This document shows, in pieces, positions 19,840-29,453 of a stretch of 64,000 bases of DNA. The position numbers were made by a program, and so were the translations under genes. Numbering within the stretch: the stretch's first letter is position 1; every line of letters begins with the position of its first letter. The DNA comes from Candidatus Daviesbacteria bacterium (GTDB lineage Bacteria > Patescibacteriota > Microgenomatia > Daviesbacterales > UBA10151). Location: NCBI GenBank assembly GCA_016195715.1, contig JACPZA010000010.1, forward strand, positions 14,307-78,306, given 5' to 3'. The notes beneath the pieces are model-generated. The model worked only from the letters and a program-made list of their open reading frames with translations. It did not search any database and was not told the DNA's origin.

Positions 19840-20640
19840 ATGAACAAACCTAAAGTATTAATTTTTTCAGGTTTTGGAATTAATTCAGAAGAAGAAACCA
19901 AAGTTGGGTTTGATTTAGCAGGAGGAGAATCTGACATTGTCCATATTAATGATTTAATTAATAAAAAATTTAAAATTAATGATTATCAAATTTTAGTTTT
20001 TCCTGGAGGATTTGCGTATGGTGATGATACTGGAGCTGGGTTAGCTTATGCCAATAAAGTTAAAAATCATTTATGGAGTGATTTAGAAAAATTTATTAAA
20101 AATAAAAATCTTGTAATTGGAATTTGTAATGGGTTTCAGATAATTGTTAATTTAGGTTTACTACCAGCGCTAAATTTTAAATATGGAAAGAGGGAAGTGG
20201 CATTACTTCATAATAAAACTGCCAGATATGTATGTAGATGGGTAGATGTCAAAGTTACAAATAATTCCCCTTGGTTAAAAGATTTAGACGAAATACCAAT
20301 TGTTATATCGCATGGTGAGGGTAAGTTTTTTGCAGATGAAAAAACTCTAAAAGAAATTAAGCAAAAAAAATTAATAGCACTAAATTATATTAAAGGTGAA
20401 ATTTGTAATTATCAAAATTTAGAATATAATCCAACTGGAACTTTAGATGATATTGCTGGAATTACTGATGAATCTGGTAGAATCTTAGGTCTAATGCCTC
20501 ACCCTGAAAGAGCTATGTTTTTTACTCAACGCCCAGACTGGTCATTACTTAAAGAGAAATTAAAAAGAGAAGGAAAAAAAATGCCTTTATACTCCCCTGC
20601 CATTCAAATTTTTAAAAATGCAATTGATTATTTTAAATAA
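19840..20640 (+). CDS. purQ: FGAM synthase glutaminase subunit
   Basis: It is a class I glutamine amidotransferase (VFPGGFAYGDD, GICNGFQ, H..E). Confidence 0.9.
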   Translation: MNKPKVLIFSGFGINSEEETKVGFDLAGGESDIVHINDLINKKFKINDYQILVFPGGFAYGDDTGAGLAYANKVKNHLWSDLEKFIKNKNLVIGICNGFQIIVNLGLLPALNFKYGKREVALLHNKTARYVCRWVDVKVTNNSPWLKDLDEIPIVISHGEGKFFADEKTLKEIKQKKLIALNYIKGEICNYQNLEYNPTGTLDDIAGITDESGRILGLMPHPERAMFFTQRPDWSLLKEKLKREGKKMPLYSPAIQIFKNAIDYFK

Positions 20641-20686
20641 TATTTTCAGATTTGATTTTTAGTAAGCAAATAGTATAAAATTAAAT

Positions 20687-21700
20687 ATGGCAAAGATCAA
20701 TTATACTATTGCTACTTTTGGATCTCACTCCGCGCTGCAAATTCTTAAAGGTGCTAAAGATGAAGGATTTAAGACTTTAATCATTACCCTTTTAGATAGA
20801 AAAGATTTTTATCAGCGGTTCCCATTTATAGATAAAATCATCACAGTTAAAAATTATTCAGACTTTCCAGAAATTGAAGAAAAGTTAGTTAAAGAAAATA
20901 TTATTTTAATTCCCCATGGTTCAATTGTGGCTTATTTAGGCTTGGAAAAAAATAAAAGTATGAAGTTAAAATATTTTGGCAATAAACAAGTACTAGATTG
21001 GGAAGCAGATCGAGCAAAGCAGCGAGAATGGTTGCATAAAGCTGAAATTAATTTACCAAAGCAATTTGATAATATTGATGATGTGACTTATCCAGTGATT
21101 GTTAAATCATATGGAGCTGCTGGAGGTAAGGGATATTTTTATGCTAAAAACCGACAAGATTTTGAAGATAAAATTCATCATCTAAAAGATGCTCCATTTG
21201 TAATTCAAGAATATGTTATTGGGGTGACTTTATATATTCATTATTTTTATTCGCCTTTAACTAAAACCATTGAAATAATGAGCATGGATAGAAGGTATGA
21301 AACTAATGTTGATTCATTAGGCAGAATTCCTTTAAGAGGACAAGAAGGTTTGGAAATTGAACCAAGTTATGTAGTGGTAGGGAACTCACCTTTAGTTTTA
21401 CGGGAGTCACTTTTACCAGAAGCATATGCAATGGGAGAAAGAGTTATAAAGGCATCAAAAGAGTTGATGGGTGAGCGAGGATTGTTTGGACCATTTTGTT
21501 TGGAGACAGTTATCACACCAGATCAAAAGTTTTTTGTAATAGAAATTTCTGGAAGAATTGTGGCTGGAACAAATTTATTTATCAATGGTTCGCCGTATTC
21601 GGATTTAATTTATCAAGAACCTATGAGTACTGGTAGAAGAGTTGCCAGAGAAATAGAAATTGCAATTAAAGAAAATAAACTGGGGGAAATTTTAAACTAA
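20687..21700 (+). CDS. purP: PurP-type formate-dependent FAICAR synthetase (ATP-grasp)
   Basis: It carries TIATFGSHSALQILKGAKDEGF, HYFYSPL and MSTGRRVAREIEIA motifs characteristic of archaeal PurP (DUF1246/DUF1297). Confidence 0.75.
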   Translation: MAKINYTIATFGSHSALQILKGAKDEGFKTLIITLLDRKDFYQRFPFIDKIITVKNYSDFPEIEEKLVKENIILIPHGSIVAYLGLEKNKSMKLKYFGNKQVLDWEADRAKQREWLHKAEINLPKQFDNIDDVTYPVIVKSYGAAGGKGYFYAKNRQDFEDKIHHLKDAPFVIQEYVIGVTLYIHYFYSPLTKTIEIMSMDRRYETNVDSLGRIPLRGQEGLEIEPSYVVVGNSPLVLRESLLPEAYAMGERVIKASKELMGERGLFGPFCLETVITPDQKFFVIEISGRIVAGTNLFINGSPYSDLIYQEPMSTGRRVAREIEIAIKENKLGEILN

Positions 21701-22837
21701 ATGGATATAAAAAAGATTTTGAAAAATTATAATTTAAGTAATTTAACTATCGGAGTTTTAGGTTCACATTCTGCACTTGATGCTTGTCGAGGTGCAAAAG
21801 ATTTAGGATTTAAAACTTTGGTGATAGTAGAAAAGGGTAGGGATAAAACTTATGCAAAGTACTATGCTTCGACAGGCTCAGCAAATAATGTAGTTGGTTG
21901 TGTTGATGAGGTTTTTTATGTTAATAAATTTAGCGATTTATTAAAAGAAGATGTTCAAAAAAAATTAATAGAAAAAAATGTTATTTTCATTCCTCATCGC
22001 TCTTTTGAAGTTTATTTAAATTCTGATTTTGAGGCAATTGAAAATAAATTTAATGTCCCAATGTTTGGAAGTAGACAACTTCTAAAAGTAGAGGAAAGAG
22101 CAGTTAAACCAAATCAATATGATTTAATGGAAAAAGCTAAAATCAGATATCCAAAGCAATTTAAAAATCCTAAAGAAATAGATAGGCTTTGTATTATTAA
22201 AGTTTTGGAAAAAGAGAGAGTTTATGAACGAGCTTTTTTCTTAGTAGATTCATATCAAGGATTTTTACAAGAATCAAACAGACTTTTGACACTTGGAAAA
22301 ATTACAGAAAATGGTTTAGAAAAGGCTGTAATAGAAGAGTTTATTGTTGGAGTCCAAGTTAATTTTAATTTTTTTTATTCACCAATAAATCAGGGATTAG
22401 AATTAGTTGGAACAGATACCAGACGTCAAACGAACTTGGATGGGTTACTTAGACTGCCGGAAAATTACCAAAAACAGATTTTAGAAAATCATTTAGTGGA
22501 ATTAAAATATGAAGAAGCAGGGCATATTGCAGTGACGGTTTTAGAATCATTACTAGAGCCAGCTTTTGAAATTGGGGAAAAATTTATCAAAGCAGCTGAA
22601 GAGATGCTGGGTGGGGTAATCGGTCCATTTGGAATACAAACCATGATTATCCCAGGCCCACCAAAAAAAGAAATTATAGTTTTTGATATTTCTCCCAGAA
22701 TGCCGGGCAGTCCGGGAATTTTTGCATCTCCTTATTCTAGCTATTTATATGGAGAGAATTTATCTATGGGAAAAAGAGTGGCGATGGAAATTAAACTAGC
22801 TATAGAAAAAAATAAGTTGGGAGAAATTTTAACTTAG
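21701..22837 (+). CDS. PurP-family paralog (ATP-grasp)
   Basis: Its architecture is the same (GSHSALDACRGAKDLGF ... FFYSPI ... SMGKRVAMEIKLA). It is the immediate tandem paralog of purP. Confidence 0.65.
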   Translation: MDIKKILKNYNLSNLTIGVLGSHSALDACRGAKDLGFKTLVIVEKGRDKTYAKYYASTGSANNVVGCVDEVFYVNKFSDLLKEDVQKKLIEKNVIFIPHRSFEVYLNSDFEAIENKFNVPMFGSRQLLKVEERAVKPNQYDLMEKAKIRYPKQFKNPKEIDRLCIIKVLEKERVYERAFFLVDSYQGFLQESNRLLTLGKITENGLEKAVIEEFIVGVQVNFNFFYSPINQGLELVGTDTRRQTNLDGLLRLPENYQKQILENHLVELKYEEAGHIAVTVLESLLEPAFEIGEKFIKAAEEMLGGVIGPFGIQTMIIPGPPKKEIIVFDISPRMPGSPGIFASPYSSYLYGENLSMGKRVAMEIKLAIEKNKLGEILT

Positions 22838-22839
22838 GG

Positions 22840-23583
22840 ATGAAATACAAAGCACTAATGTTAGATGTGGATGGAACAATAGTTCCAATTCAAAGAGATA
22901 GTCTACCTTCAAAAAAAGTTATCCAAGCTATAAAAAAAGCTAATAAATTAATCCATATTGGTGTTGCAACTTCCAGACCATACTATGTTTTAAAACATAT
23001 TTTAGATTTGCTAGATTTAAATGGTTTTTCAATTATTAATGGCGGTGCCCAAATTATGGATGTTAGCAAAAGAAAAATAGTTTGGGAAAAAGGGATTGAT
23101 AAAAAAGATGTTATTGGAATGTGCAATATTATTCAAGACTTTGGTGTTAAGCCAAAAGTTTTAGAAAATGATCAGGATATACCATATACAAAAGAATATA
23201 TTCCCAAGAATCCTTTACAAGTTTGGGCTGGGGAGTTAACATTTAATAAAGCAACCAAGCTTGCTAAAAAGTTGTCAAAAATTTCTTCAATTACAGTCCA
23301 CCAAGTCATATCTTGGCGGAAAGATAAATTTGATTTAGTTATAAATCATGCTGAAGCGACAAAACAACATGGAATCTTTGAAGTCTCCAAATTGCTAAAA
23401 ATTAAAACTTCTGACATAATCGGGGTGGGCGATGGCTATAATGATTTTCCACTGCTCATGGCATGTGGCTTAAAAGTAGCAATGGAAAGTGCACCTGAGG
23501 ATCTAAAAGCGATTGCTGATTTTATTGCTCCATCTGTAGAAAAAGATGGAGTAGTTGAAGTAATTAATAAATATATATTATGA
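22840..23583 (+). CDS. HAD-IIB (Cof-like) hydrolase
   Basis: It has an MLDVDGTIV motif and a C-terminal GDGYND. Confidence 0.7.
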   Translation: MKYKALMLDVDGTIVPIQRDSLPSKKVIQAIKKANKLIHIGVATSRPYYVLKHILDLLDLNGFSIINGGAQIMDVSKRKIVWEKGIDKKDVIGMCNIIQDFGVKPKVLENDQDIPYTKEYIPKNPLQVWAGELTFNKATKLAKKLSKISSITVHQVISWRKDKFDLVINHAEATKQHGIFEVSKLLKIKTSDIIGVGDGYNDFPLLMACGLKVAMESAPEDLKAIADFIAPSVEKDGVVEVINKYIL

Positions 23584-24995
23584 AAGACAAAAATAATTTT
23601 GATTTTTCTACCTACCTTTCTCCGTTTACTTGGCGTTATGGCTCGACTCAAATGCGGGAGATCTTTAGTGAAGAAAATAAATATAAAACCTGGCGAAAAA
23701 TTTGGATTGCACTGGCTAACACTCAATCTAAAGCTGGGTTGATAAACGAGGAAGAATTAGCTGATTTAGAAAAACAGCAAAATAATTTAGATATTGAGCG
23801 GATTTTAGAAATTGAAAAAGAAACAAAACATGATTTAGTTGCAGCTATAAAAGAATTTGCTGAAAAAGCAAAAGTTGGTGGGGGCAAACTGCACTTAGGT
23901 GCAACTAGTATGGACATTGTAGATAATGCTGATGCAATTAGAACAGGGCAAGCTTTAAGTTTAATTAAAAAAAAGCTAATTTCTATTTTAAATCAATTTT
24001 GTGAACTAATCGAAAAATACGCAGATTACCCAACTTTAGGTTACACTCATTTACAAGCCGCAGAACCTACTAGTTTGGGATATAGATTTGCTTTTTACGC
24101 TCAAGATTTATTGATTGACTTAAGATTCTTAAAATTTGTTCAAGATAGTTTTAAATCCAAAGGATTTAAAGGCGCGGTAGGGACATCGGCAAGTTATTTG
24201 GAACTTTTAGCTGGACAAAAAGTGACACCAGCAAAAATGGAAAAAGAGATCATGGATGAGTTAGATTTAGAATCAATAGATATTAGCTCACAAGTTTATC
24301 CAAGAAAGCTAGACTATTTGATTTTTTCAGCCCTTGCTAGTGCTGGCTCATCTTTAGCTAAATTTGCTAGTGACTTGCGCATTTTACAATCATTCGGTTT
24401 TGGTGAATGGATGGAGCCATTTTCTAAAAACCAAGTTGGATCTAGTGCTATGCCTTTTAAAAGAAACCCATTGAATGCAGAAAAAATTTGTTCGCTTGCC
24501 AGATATTTATCTCATTTGCCTACAATTGCTTTGGAAAATTCTATACACAATCACTTAGAGCGAACTTTAGATGATTCAGCTAATAAACGAATTATTTTAC
24601 CGGACGCATTTTTATCAACAGATGAAATTTTAGATACCGCCCAAAAAATTATTCAAGGCTTAGAGATTAATGAAAATAGAATTGATTATAATTTAGAACA
24701 ATTTGCACCTTTTGCAGCTACTGAGGAAATTTTAGTAGAAGCGGTTAAAAATGGCGCTGACCGTCAAGAAATGCATGAAATTATAAGGGTTATTGCTCTT
24801 AAAGCCTGGGGAAGAATTCAACAGGGAAAATCTAATCCAATGAAAGTTTTACTTTGTTCGGATAAAAAATTAACTAAGTTTGTAAAGGTTAGTAAAATTG
24901 TTGAGATGATTAAACACGTCGCAGTTTTAGGCGATGCACCGGAGCGTTCAAAATCTTTAGTTAAAAAAATTAAATTAGAGATAAAATCTAATTGA
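23580..24995 (+). CDS. purB: adenylosuccinate lyase
   Basis: It has the fumarate-lyase signature GSSAMPFKRNP. Confidence 0.9.
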   Translation: MKDKNNFDFSTYLSPFTWRYGSTQMREIFSEENKYKTWRKIWIALANTQSKAGLINEEELADLEKQQNNLDIERILEIEKETKHDLVAAIKEFAEKAKVGGGKLHLGATSMDIVDNADAIRTGQALSLIKKKLISILNQFCELIEKYADYPTLGYTHLQAAEPTSLGYRFAFYAQDLLIDLRFLKFVQDSFKSKGFKGAVGTSASYLELLAGQKVTPAKMEKEIMDELDLESIDISSQVYPRKLDYLIFSALASAGSSLAKFASDLRILQSFGFGEWMEPFSKNQVGSSAMPFKRNPLNAEKICSLARYLSHLPTIALENSIHNHLERTLDDSANKRIILPDAFLSTDEILDTAQKIIQGLEINENRIDYNLEQFAPFAATEEILVEAVKNGADRQEMHEIIRVIALKAWGRIQQGKSNPMKVLLCSDKKLTKFVKVSKIVEMIKHVAVLGDAPERSKSLVKKIKLEIKSN

Positions 24996-25021
24996 CTTAA
25001 AAAAAGTTTAGTGATAAAAAT

Positions 25022-25537
25022 ATGCAAATGCCAAAGGTAGCAATTATTTTAGCATCTGATTCTGATTTAGCTGTGATGTCTGATGCTATAAAAGTTTTGG
25101 AAGAATTTAAAGTTGAATATCTTGTGACAATTTCATCTGCTCACCGTTCTCCTTCGCAAACTATTGAATATGTTAAAAAAGCTCAAAGCAGCGGAATAAA
25201 AGTTATTATCGCCTCTGCTGGGTTAGCTGCTCACTTGGCTGGAGTTATTGCAGCGCATTTTCCATTACCTGTAATAGGAGTTCCAATTAAAACTGGAGCA
25301 TTAAATGGAGTTGATGCTCTATATTCAACAGTTCAAATGCCACCTGGAGTTCCAGTTGCAACTGTCGCTATAGATGGAGCAAAAAATGCAGGGATTTTAG
25401 CAGTGCAAATCTTAGCAACTTCAGATAAAAATTTAGAAGAAAAATTAATTGACTATAAGAAAAAAATGGCAGAATCAGTTTCGGATAAAGCCGTGAAATT
25501 AAAAGAAAAAGGTTGGCAAAACTACTCAAAGGATTAG
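25022..25537 (+). CDS. purE: N5-CAIR mutase / AIR carboxylase PurE
   Basis: It has the VAIILASDSDL...SSAHRSP N-terminus and is 171 aa. No purK was seen in the window. Confidence 0.9.
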   Translation: MQMPKVAIILASDSDLAVMSDAIKVLEEFKVEYLVTISSAHRSPSQTIEYVKKAQSSGIKVIIASAGLAAHLAGVIAAHFPLPVIGVPIKTGALNGVDALYSTVQMPPGVPVATVAIDGAKNAGILAVQILATSDKNLEEKLIDYKKKMAESVSDKAVKLKEKGWQNYSKD

Positions 25538-25543
25538 CTTTAA

Positions 25544-26485
25544 ATGGTTAGTGTACTAAAAACAGTAGATATTCCAAACTTAGGTAAAAAACATCAGGGT
25601 AAAGTCAGAGATACATATATTCTTCCTGACAAACGAATAATTATAACAACAGATAGACAATCTGCTTTTGATAAAATTTTAGGTCATATTCCGTATAAAG
25701 GTGCTGTCTTAAACCAACTTTCAGCCTATTGGTTTAATAGTACAAAAAAAATTATTCCAAATCATATTATTGATGTGCCAGATCCAAACGTTTCAGTTGT
25801 GAAAAATGCCAAGCTTGTGCCAATTGAAATGGTGGTGAGAGGTTATATTACTGGAGTTACTGATACCTCAATTTGGGGATCTTATGAAAAAGGAGAAAGA
25901 GTAATTTATGGTATTAAATTTCCAGATGGTCTAAAAAAGAATCAAAAATTACCAAAGCCAGTTATCACTCCAACTACAAAAGCTGAGTCTGGACATGATG
26001 AACGGTTAACTGAAAAAGAGATTTTAGAGAAAAAAATAGTTGAACCAAAGATCTGGAGACAGATGAAAAAAGCAGCTTTAGCTATTTTTGAAAAGGGGAC
26101 TAAAGTTTGTAATAGAGCTGGAATAATTTTAGCTGATACTAAATATGAATTTGGCATTTTAGATGGGAAGTTAATGTTAATTGATGAGGTGCATACACCA
26201 GATTCATCCAGATTTTGGATTAAAAAAACGTATAAAGATAGATTTAAAAAAGGCTTAGAACCAGAAAGTTATGATAAAGAACCTTTAAGAATTTGGTTTA
26301 AAGAACATGGTTATAGTGGTCAAGGAAAACCTCCTATTATGCCAGATGATTTTGTTAAACACATGTCAAATCTTTATATAGGAATTTATGAAAAAATTAC
26401 TGGCAAAAAATTTAAAGAATTTAGATATCCAATTAATAAAAGAATAGAAGAAAATGTTAAAAAATATTTAAAGTCTTCTAACTAA
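25544..26485 (+). CDS. purC: SAICAR synthetase (long form)
   Basis: It has GKVRDTY and LADTKYEFG motifs. Confidence 0.9.
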   Translation: MVSVLKTVDIPNLGKKHQGKVRDTYILPDKRIIITTDRQSAFDKILGHIPYKGAVLNQLSAYWFNSTKKIIPNHIIDVPDPNVSVVKNAKLVPIEMVVRGYITGVTDTSIWGSYEKGERVIYGIKFPDGLKKNQKLPKPVITPTTKAESGHDERLTEKEILEKKIVEPKIWRQMKKAALAIFEKGTKVCNRAGIILADTKYEFGILDGKLMLIDEVHTPDSSRFWIKKTYKDRFKKGLEPESYDKEPLRIWFKEHGYSGQGKPPIMPDDFVKHMSNLYIGIYEKITGKKFKEFRYPINKRIEENVKKYLKSSN

Positions 26486-26942
26486 ACTTGCATTTCTGAA
26501 TTTTTGTGCTAGCATTATCTGTTTGTATGGGTAGAGTTTTAGAATTTTGGTCTCAACTAGAATGTGGTCTATCACTTTCTGCACTAGCTGTAGTTAGAAC
26601 CTTTAAAGATCAGTTGGTTGGAGATTCATTAGAGGTGAATAAGTTTAATGGAACAGGAACAATAGTGTCGGGGTTAATAAGAGGAGAAGTTATCACTCCT
26701 TATACACCTAGACAATTTTTAACCAGAACTGATATTAGTGGTTTAGCGGTAGTTCGTTACCAGCTTTTTTCAGACACTCCAGTTAGAATTGAAGATCTCC
26801 CAATGAAAGTCCCGGATCTAGATTATATAGTGCAAGGTAGCACCCCAGAACCACCAGTGTTCGGTTGCGCCTGGAGAAATAATCACAGATACCGAAGTCA
26901 ATTAGCTAATTTACTTTTATATCTTAATGGAAATCCTTAGAC

Positions 26943-28052
26943 TTATCTGATCTCCAGATCAGATCCTTTATAAACAATATTTTTGGGTTTAATAATTACT
27001 TGTTTTGGTCCAGACTTAACCATACCCGCATTCAATGCTTTAAAATTATTTTTTTGAGCAATTTCTAAAACTCTTTTAGTTAAATTTTCTGGAACAAAAA
27101 TTGCAAAGCCAGCACCCATATTGAAAGTGGCATACATTTCTTCATCACTAAACTGCGAATGTTTTTGAATAAAATCAAAAATAGGTTGGGGAGTAGGGAG
27201 ATTGTTTATTTCATAAGTTAATTCTTTATTGGCTCTCATTAACTTTCTAAAGCCATGCCCTGTGATGTGCACCATATAATGAATATCAATATTTTGTTCA
27301 AATAAATCTTGCACGAGCTTTGCATAAATATGTGAAGGAGTTAGTAGAGCTTCACCAAAACTTTTTCCATTTTCTAATTTGGTTAGGTAGCCTTCTGGCA
27401 ATTTTTCTGCGATAAATCTGGCTAGCGACAAACCATTTGTGTGTATTCCACTGCTTTCAATTAAAACTATAGCGTCACCTTCAGTTAATTTTTCTCCCAA
27501 AATTAATCTCTGCTTTGGTTTGATAATTCCTATTGCCGAACCTGCTAAAACAATTGTTTCTGGAACTATTACTCCTTTCATCCCGGGCGTTTCCCCTCCA
27601 CCCCAAGTTACCCCTGATTCATTGCAAGCATCTCTAAAGCCTTCAACTAAATCTTTTGTCCTGGCTTTATTAAACCACCACTCAGAAGTTCCAGCTCCAA
27701 AGTAAGCATTTAAAACTAGTGGCTTGGCACCTACTACAATTAAATCATTAATTACACAGGCCACAGTATCTTTGGCAATTTGATCATAGTAACTTTTTCC
27801 GCCGCTTTGATACATAGCATCTGCTACTAAATTTTTGGTTCCCAAAGCTTCCATAACAAAGCTTCTATAGCAGTCTTCTTCTTCCCAAACAAAAGCAGAT
27901 TCTCCTCTACTTTCTTCAACTTCTTTAAAATTTGATTGTTCTAAATTTTTGGAAGTTTGTTTACCAGCTTGTTGAGCTAATCTTTTTAAATAATCTAGTG
28001 ATTTATAATTAACCCCAGTTGTAGAATATTTAATTGAATTTTTATCTGTCAT
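26943..28052 (-). CDS. purM: AIR synthetase (PurM-like)
   Basis: It has AIRS N and C domains (GGGETPGM, HITGHG). Confidence 0.85.
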   Translation of the reverse strand: MTDKNSIKYSTTGVNYKSLDYLKRLAQQAGKQTSKNLEQSNFKEVEESRGESAFVWEEEDCYRSFVMEALGTKNLVADAMYQSGGKSYYDQIAKDTVACVINDLIVVGAKPLVLNAYFGAGTSEWWFNKARTKDLVEGFRDACNESGVTWGGGETPGMKGVIVPETIVLAGSAIGIIKPKQRLILGEKLTEGDAIVLIESSGIHTNGLSLARFIAEKLPEGYLTKLENGKSFGEALLTPSHIYAKLVQDLFEQNIDIHYMVHITGHGFRKLMRANKELTYEINNLPTPQPIFDFIQKHSQFSDEEMYATFNMGAGFAIFVPENLTKRVLEIAQKNNFKALNAGMVKSGPKQVIIKPKNIVYKGSDLEIR

Positions 28053-28056
28053 TTAA

Positions 28057-29448
28057 TTAAGCAATTTTAAGTCGTGAGATTTCTATCATCTCATCTGGAA
28101 GATCAAAAAGTAAACATATATTGAAGCCTCCAAAACCAGCTGAATTAGACAGAGCTACTCTAATTCTCCTAGATCTTCCTTGCCTTAACCAGTCTAAACC
28201 ATCCTCCCCACCTACAAGTCTTTCCAAATTAGCCGTCCCTGGGGCAAATTGTTCTCTAATTGCTAAAACAGTAATTCCAGCCTCGACTCCTCCAGCTGCT
28301 CCCATTAAATGCCCAGTCATAGATTTTGTAGAGCTTACTGAAGTAGAAGCTCCTACTGGTACAAATAACTTACTGATACCTTGTTTTTCCTCTGGATCAC
28401 CAACCTTAGTTCCAGTACCGTGTGCGTTTATATAATCTACATCTTTTGGCAAATAACCTGATTTCTGCAAAGCTAAACCTATGGCTCTTTGCAATCCTTC
28501 TGCTTCCTCGGCTGGAGCTGTTTCATATTTAGCATCCATGGTTTCTCCATAGGCAGCTAATCTAGCATAGGGTTTTGCTCCTCTTGCTCTAGCATGAAAT
28601 TCATTTTCTAAAACTAAAAGTCCTACTCCTTCTCCTGGAACAAACCCTGTTGCCCCCTCATCAAAAGGGCGGCTGGATTTTTCTGGCGGGATGTCAGCTT
28701 TAGACATTGCCTTTATTTGACCGTAAGTAGCTGCAGTAATTTGGGAATCCTCTTTTGTGCTAACAATAGCTTCTACTCCTCCTGCAATTACCAGGTCTGC
28801 ATCACCCATTTGAATTGTTCTCATCGCATCAGCTATAGCAGAGGCACCTGTTCCACAAGCCGACCCTATTTGTGAACCAGGGCCTTTAATTTTTAGATTT
28901 AGGCTTGGAACTGAAGCCACTCTTTCAGGCTCATATTGCAGAGCAGTATATAAAGGTACTATACCTTTCTCTCGCATCATTTCAAAAGCTTTACCAGAGT
29001 ATAAACTCCCTCCTGAACCTGTACCTATCCTTAAACCAACTCTTTCTGAATTAAATCTGCTGGTTCCGCCTTGCTTTGGCAAAAGATCAATTGGGTCAAT
29101 ATCAGCATCTAATAAAGCTTCAATTGCTCCACATAGTGCTAGTTGAGCAGTACGGTGAGCTCTTTCTTTAAGCCTTTCAATTTGTTTTTCAGTTAGAAAT
29201 TGTTGATAATTTCCAAGGCTAAACTCTTGAGGAATTAATCCAACATTTATAAATCTAATTCTGCTTTTACTATCTGGATCAAAATCTAAACGAGTAATTC
29301 CTGGTTTACCAGCTTTAATATTCTGCCAGGTGGTTTCCGCGTTGATCCCACACGGGGTGATCATCCCTACACCTGTTACCCAAACGTCTGGAGCTTCAAT
29401 AGTTCTTGGCATAAACATTATCCTATAATGGAATTTGCAGGTTGTCAA
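28057..29448 (-). CDS. FabF-type beta-ketoacyl-ACP synthase (Cys-His-His)
   Basis: It has the active-site motifs GSACGTGA, RPFD, NAHGTGTKVGD, STKSMTGHLMGAAG and NSAGFGGFN. The region is G+C-richer than its surroundings, and there is a 4-nt gap to purM. Confidence 0.85.
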   Translation of the reverse strand: MTTCKFHYRIMFMPRTIEAPDVWVTGVGMITPCGINAETTWQNIKAGKPGITRLDFDPDSKSRIRFINVGLIPQEFSLGNYQQFLTEKQIERLKERAHRTAQLALCGAIEALLDADIDPIDLLPKQGGTSRFNSERVGLRIGTGSGGSLYSGKAFEMMREKGIVPLYTALQYEPERVASVPSLNLKIKGPGSQIGSACGTGASAIADAMRTIQMGDADLVIAGGVEAIVSTKEDSQITAATYGQIKAMSKADIPPEKSSRPFDEGATGFVPGEGVGLLVLENEFHARARGAKPYARLAAYGETMDAKYETAPAEEAEGLQRAIGLALQKSGYLPKDVDYINAHGTGTKVGDPEEKQGISKLFVPVGASTSVSSTKSMTGHLMGAAGGVEAGITVLAIREQFAPGTANLERLVGGEDGLDWLRQGRSRRIRVALSNSAGFGGFNICLLFDLPDEMIEISRLKIA

Positions 29449-29453
29449 ATAAA

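Noticed and set aside
26804-26811. GAAAGTCC octamer resembling the RNase P RNA P4/CR-I element
   Set aside because: There is no complementary P4 3' strand (ACAGAAnCCGG-like), no GGGCAGG/GUGNAA elements nearby, and too little room before purM for a full RNase P RNA.
26947-26962. Perfect hairpin CTGATCT-CC-AGATCAG near the purM stop
   Set aside because: It lies inside the purM coding end, has a 2-nt loop and no flanking T-run on either strand, so it is not a convincing terminator.
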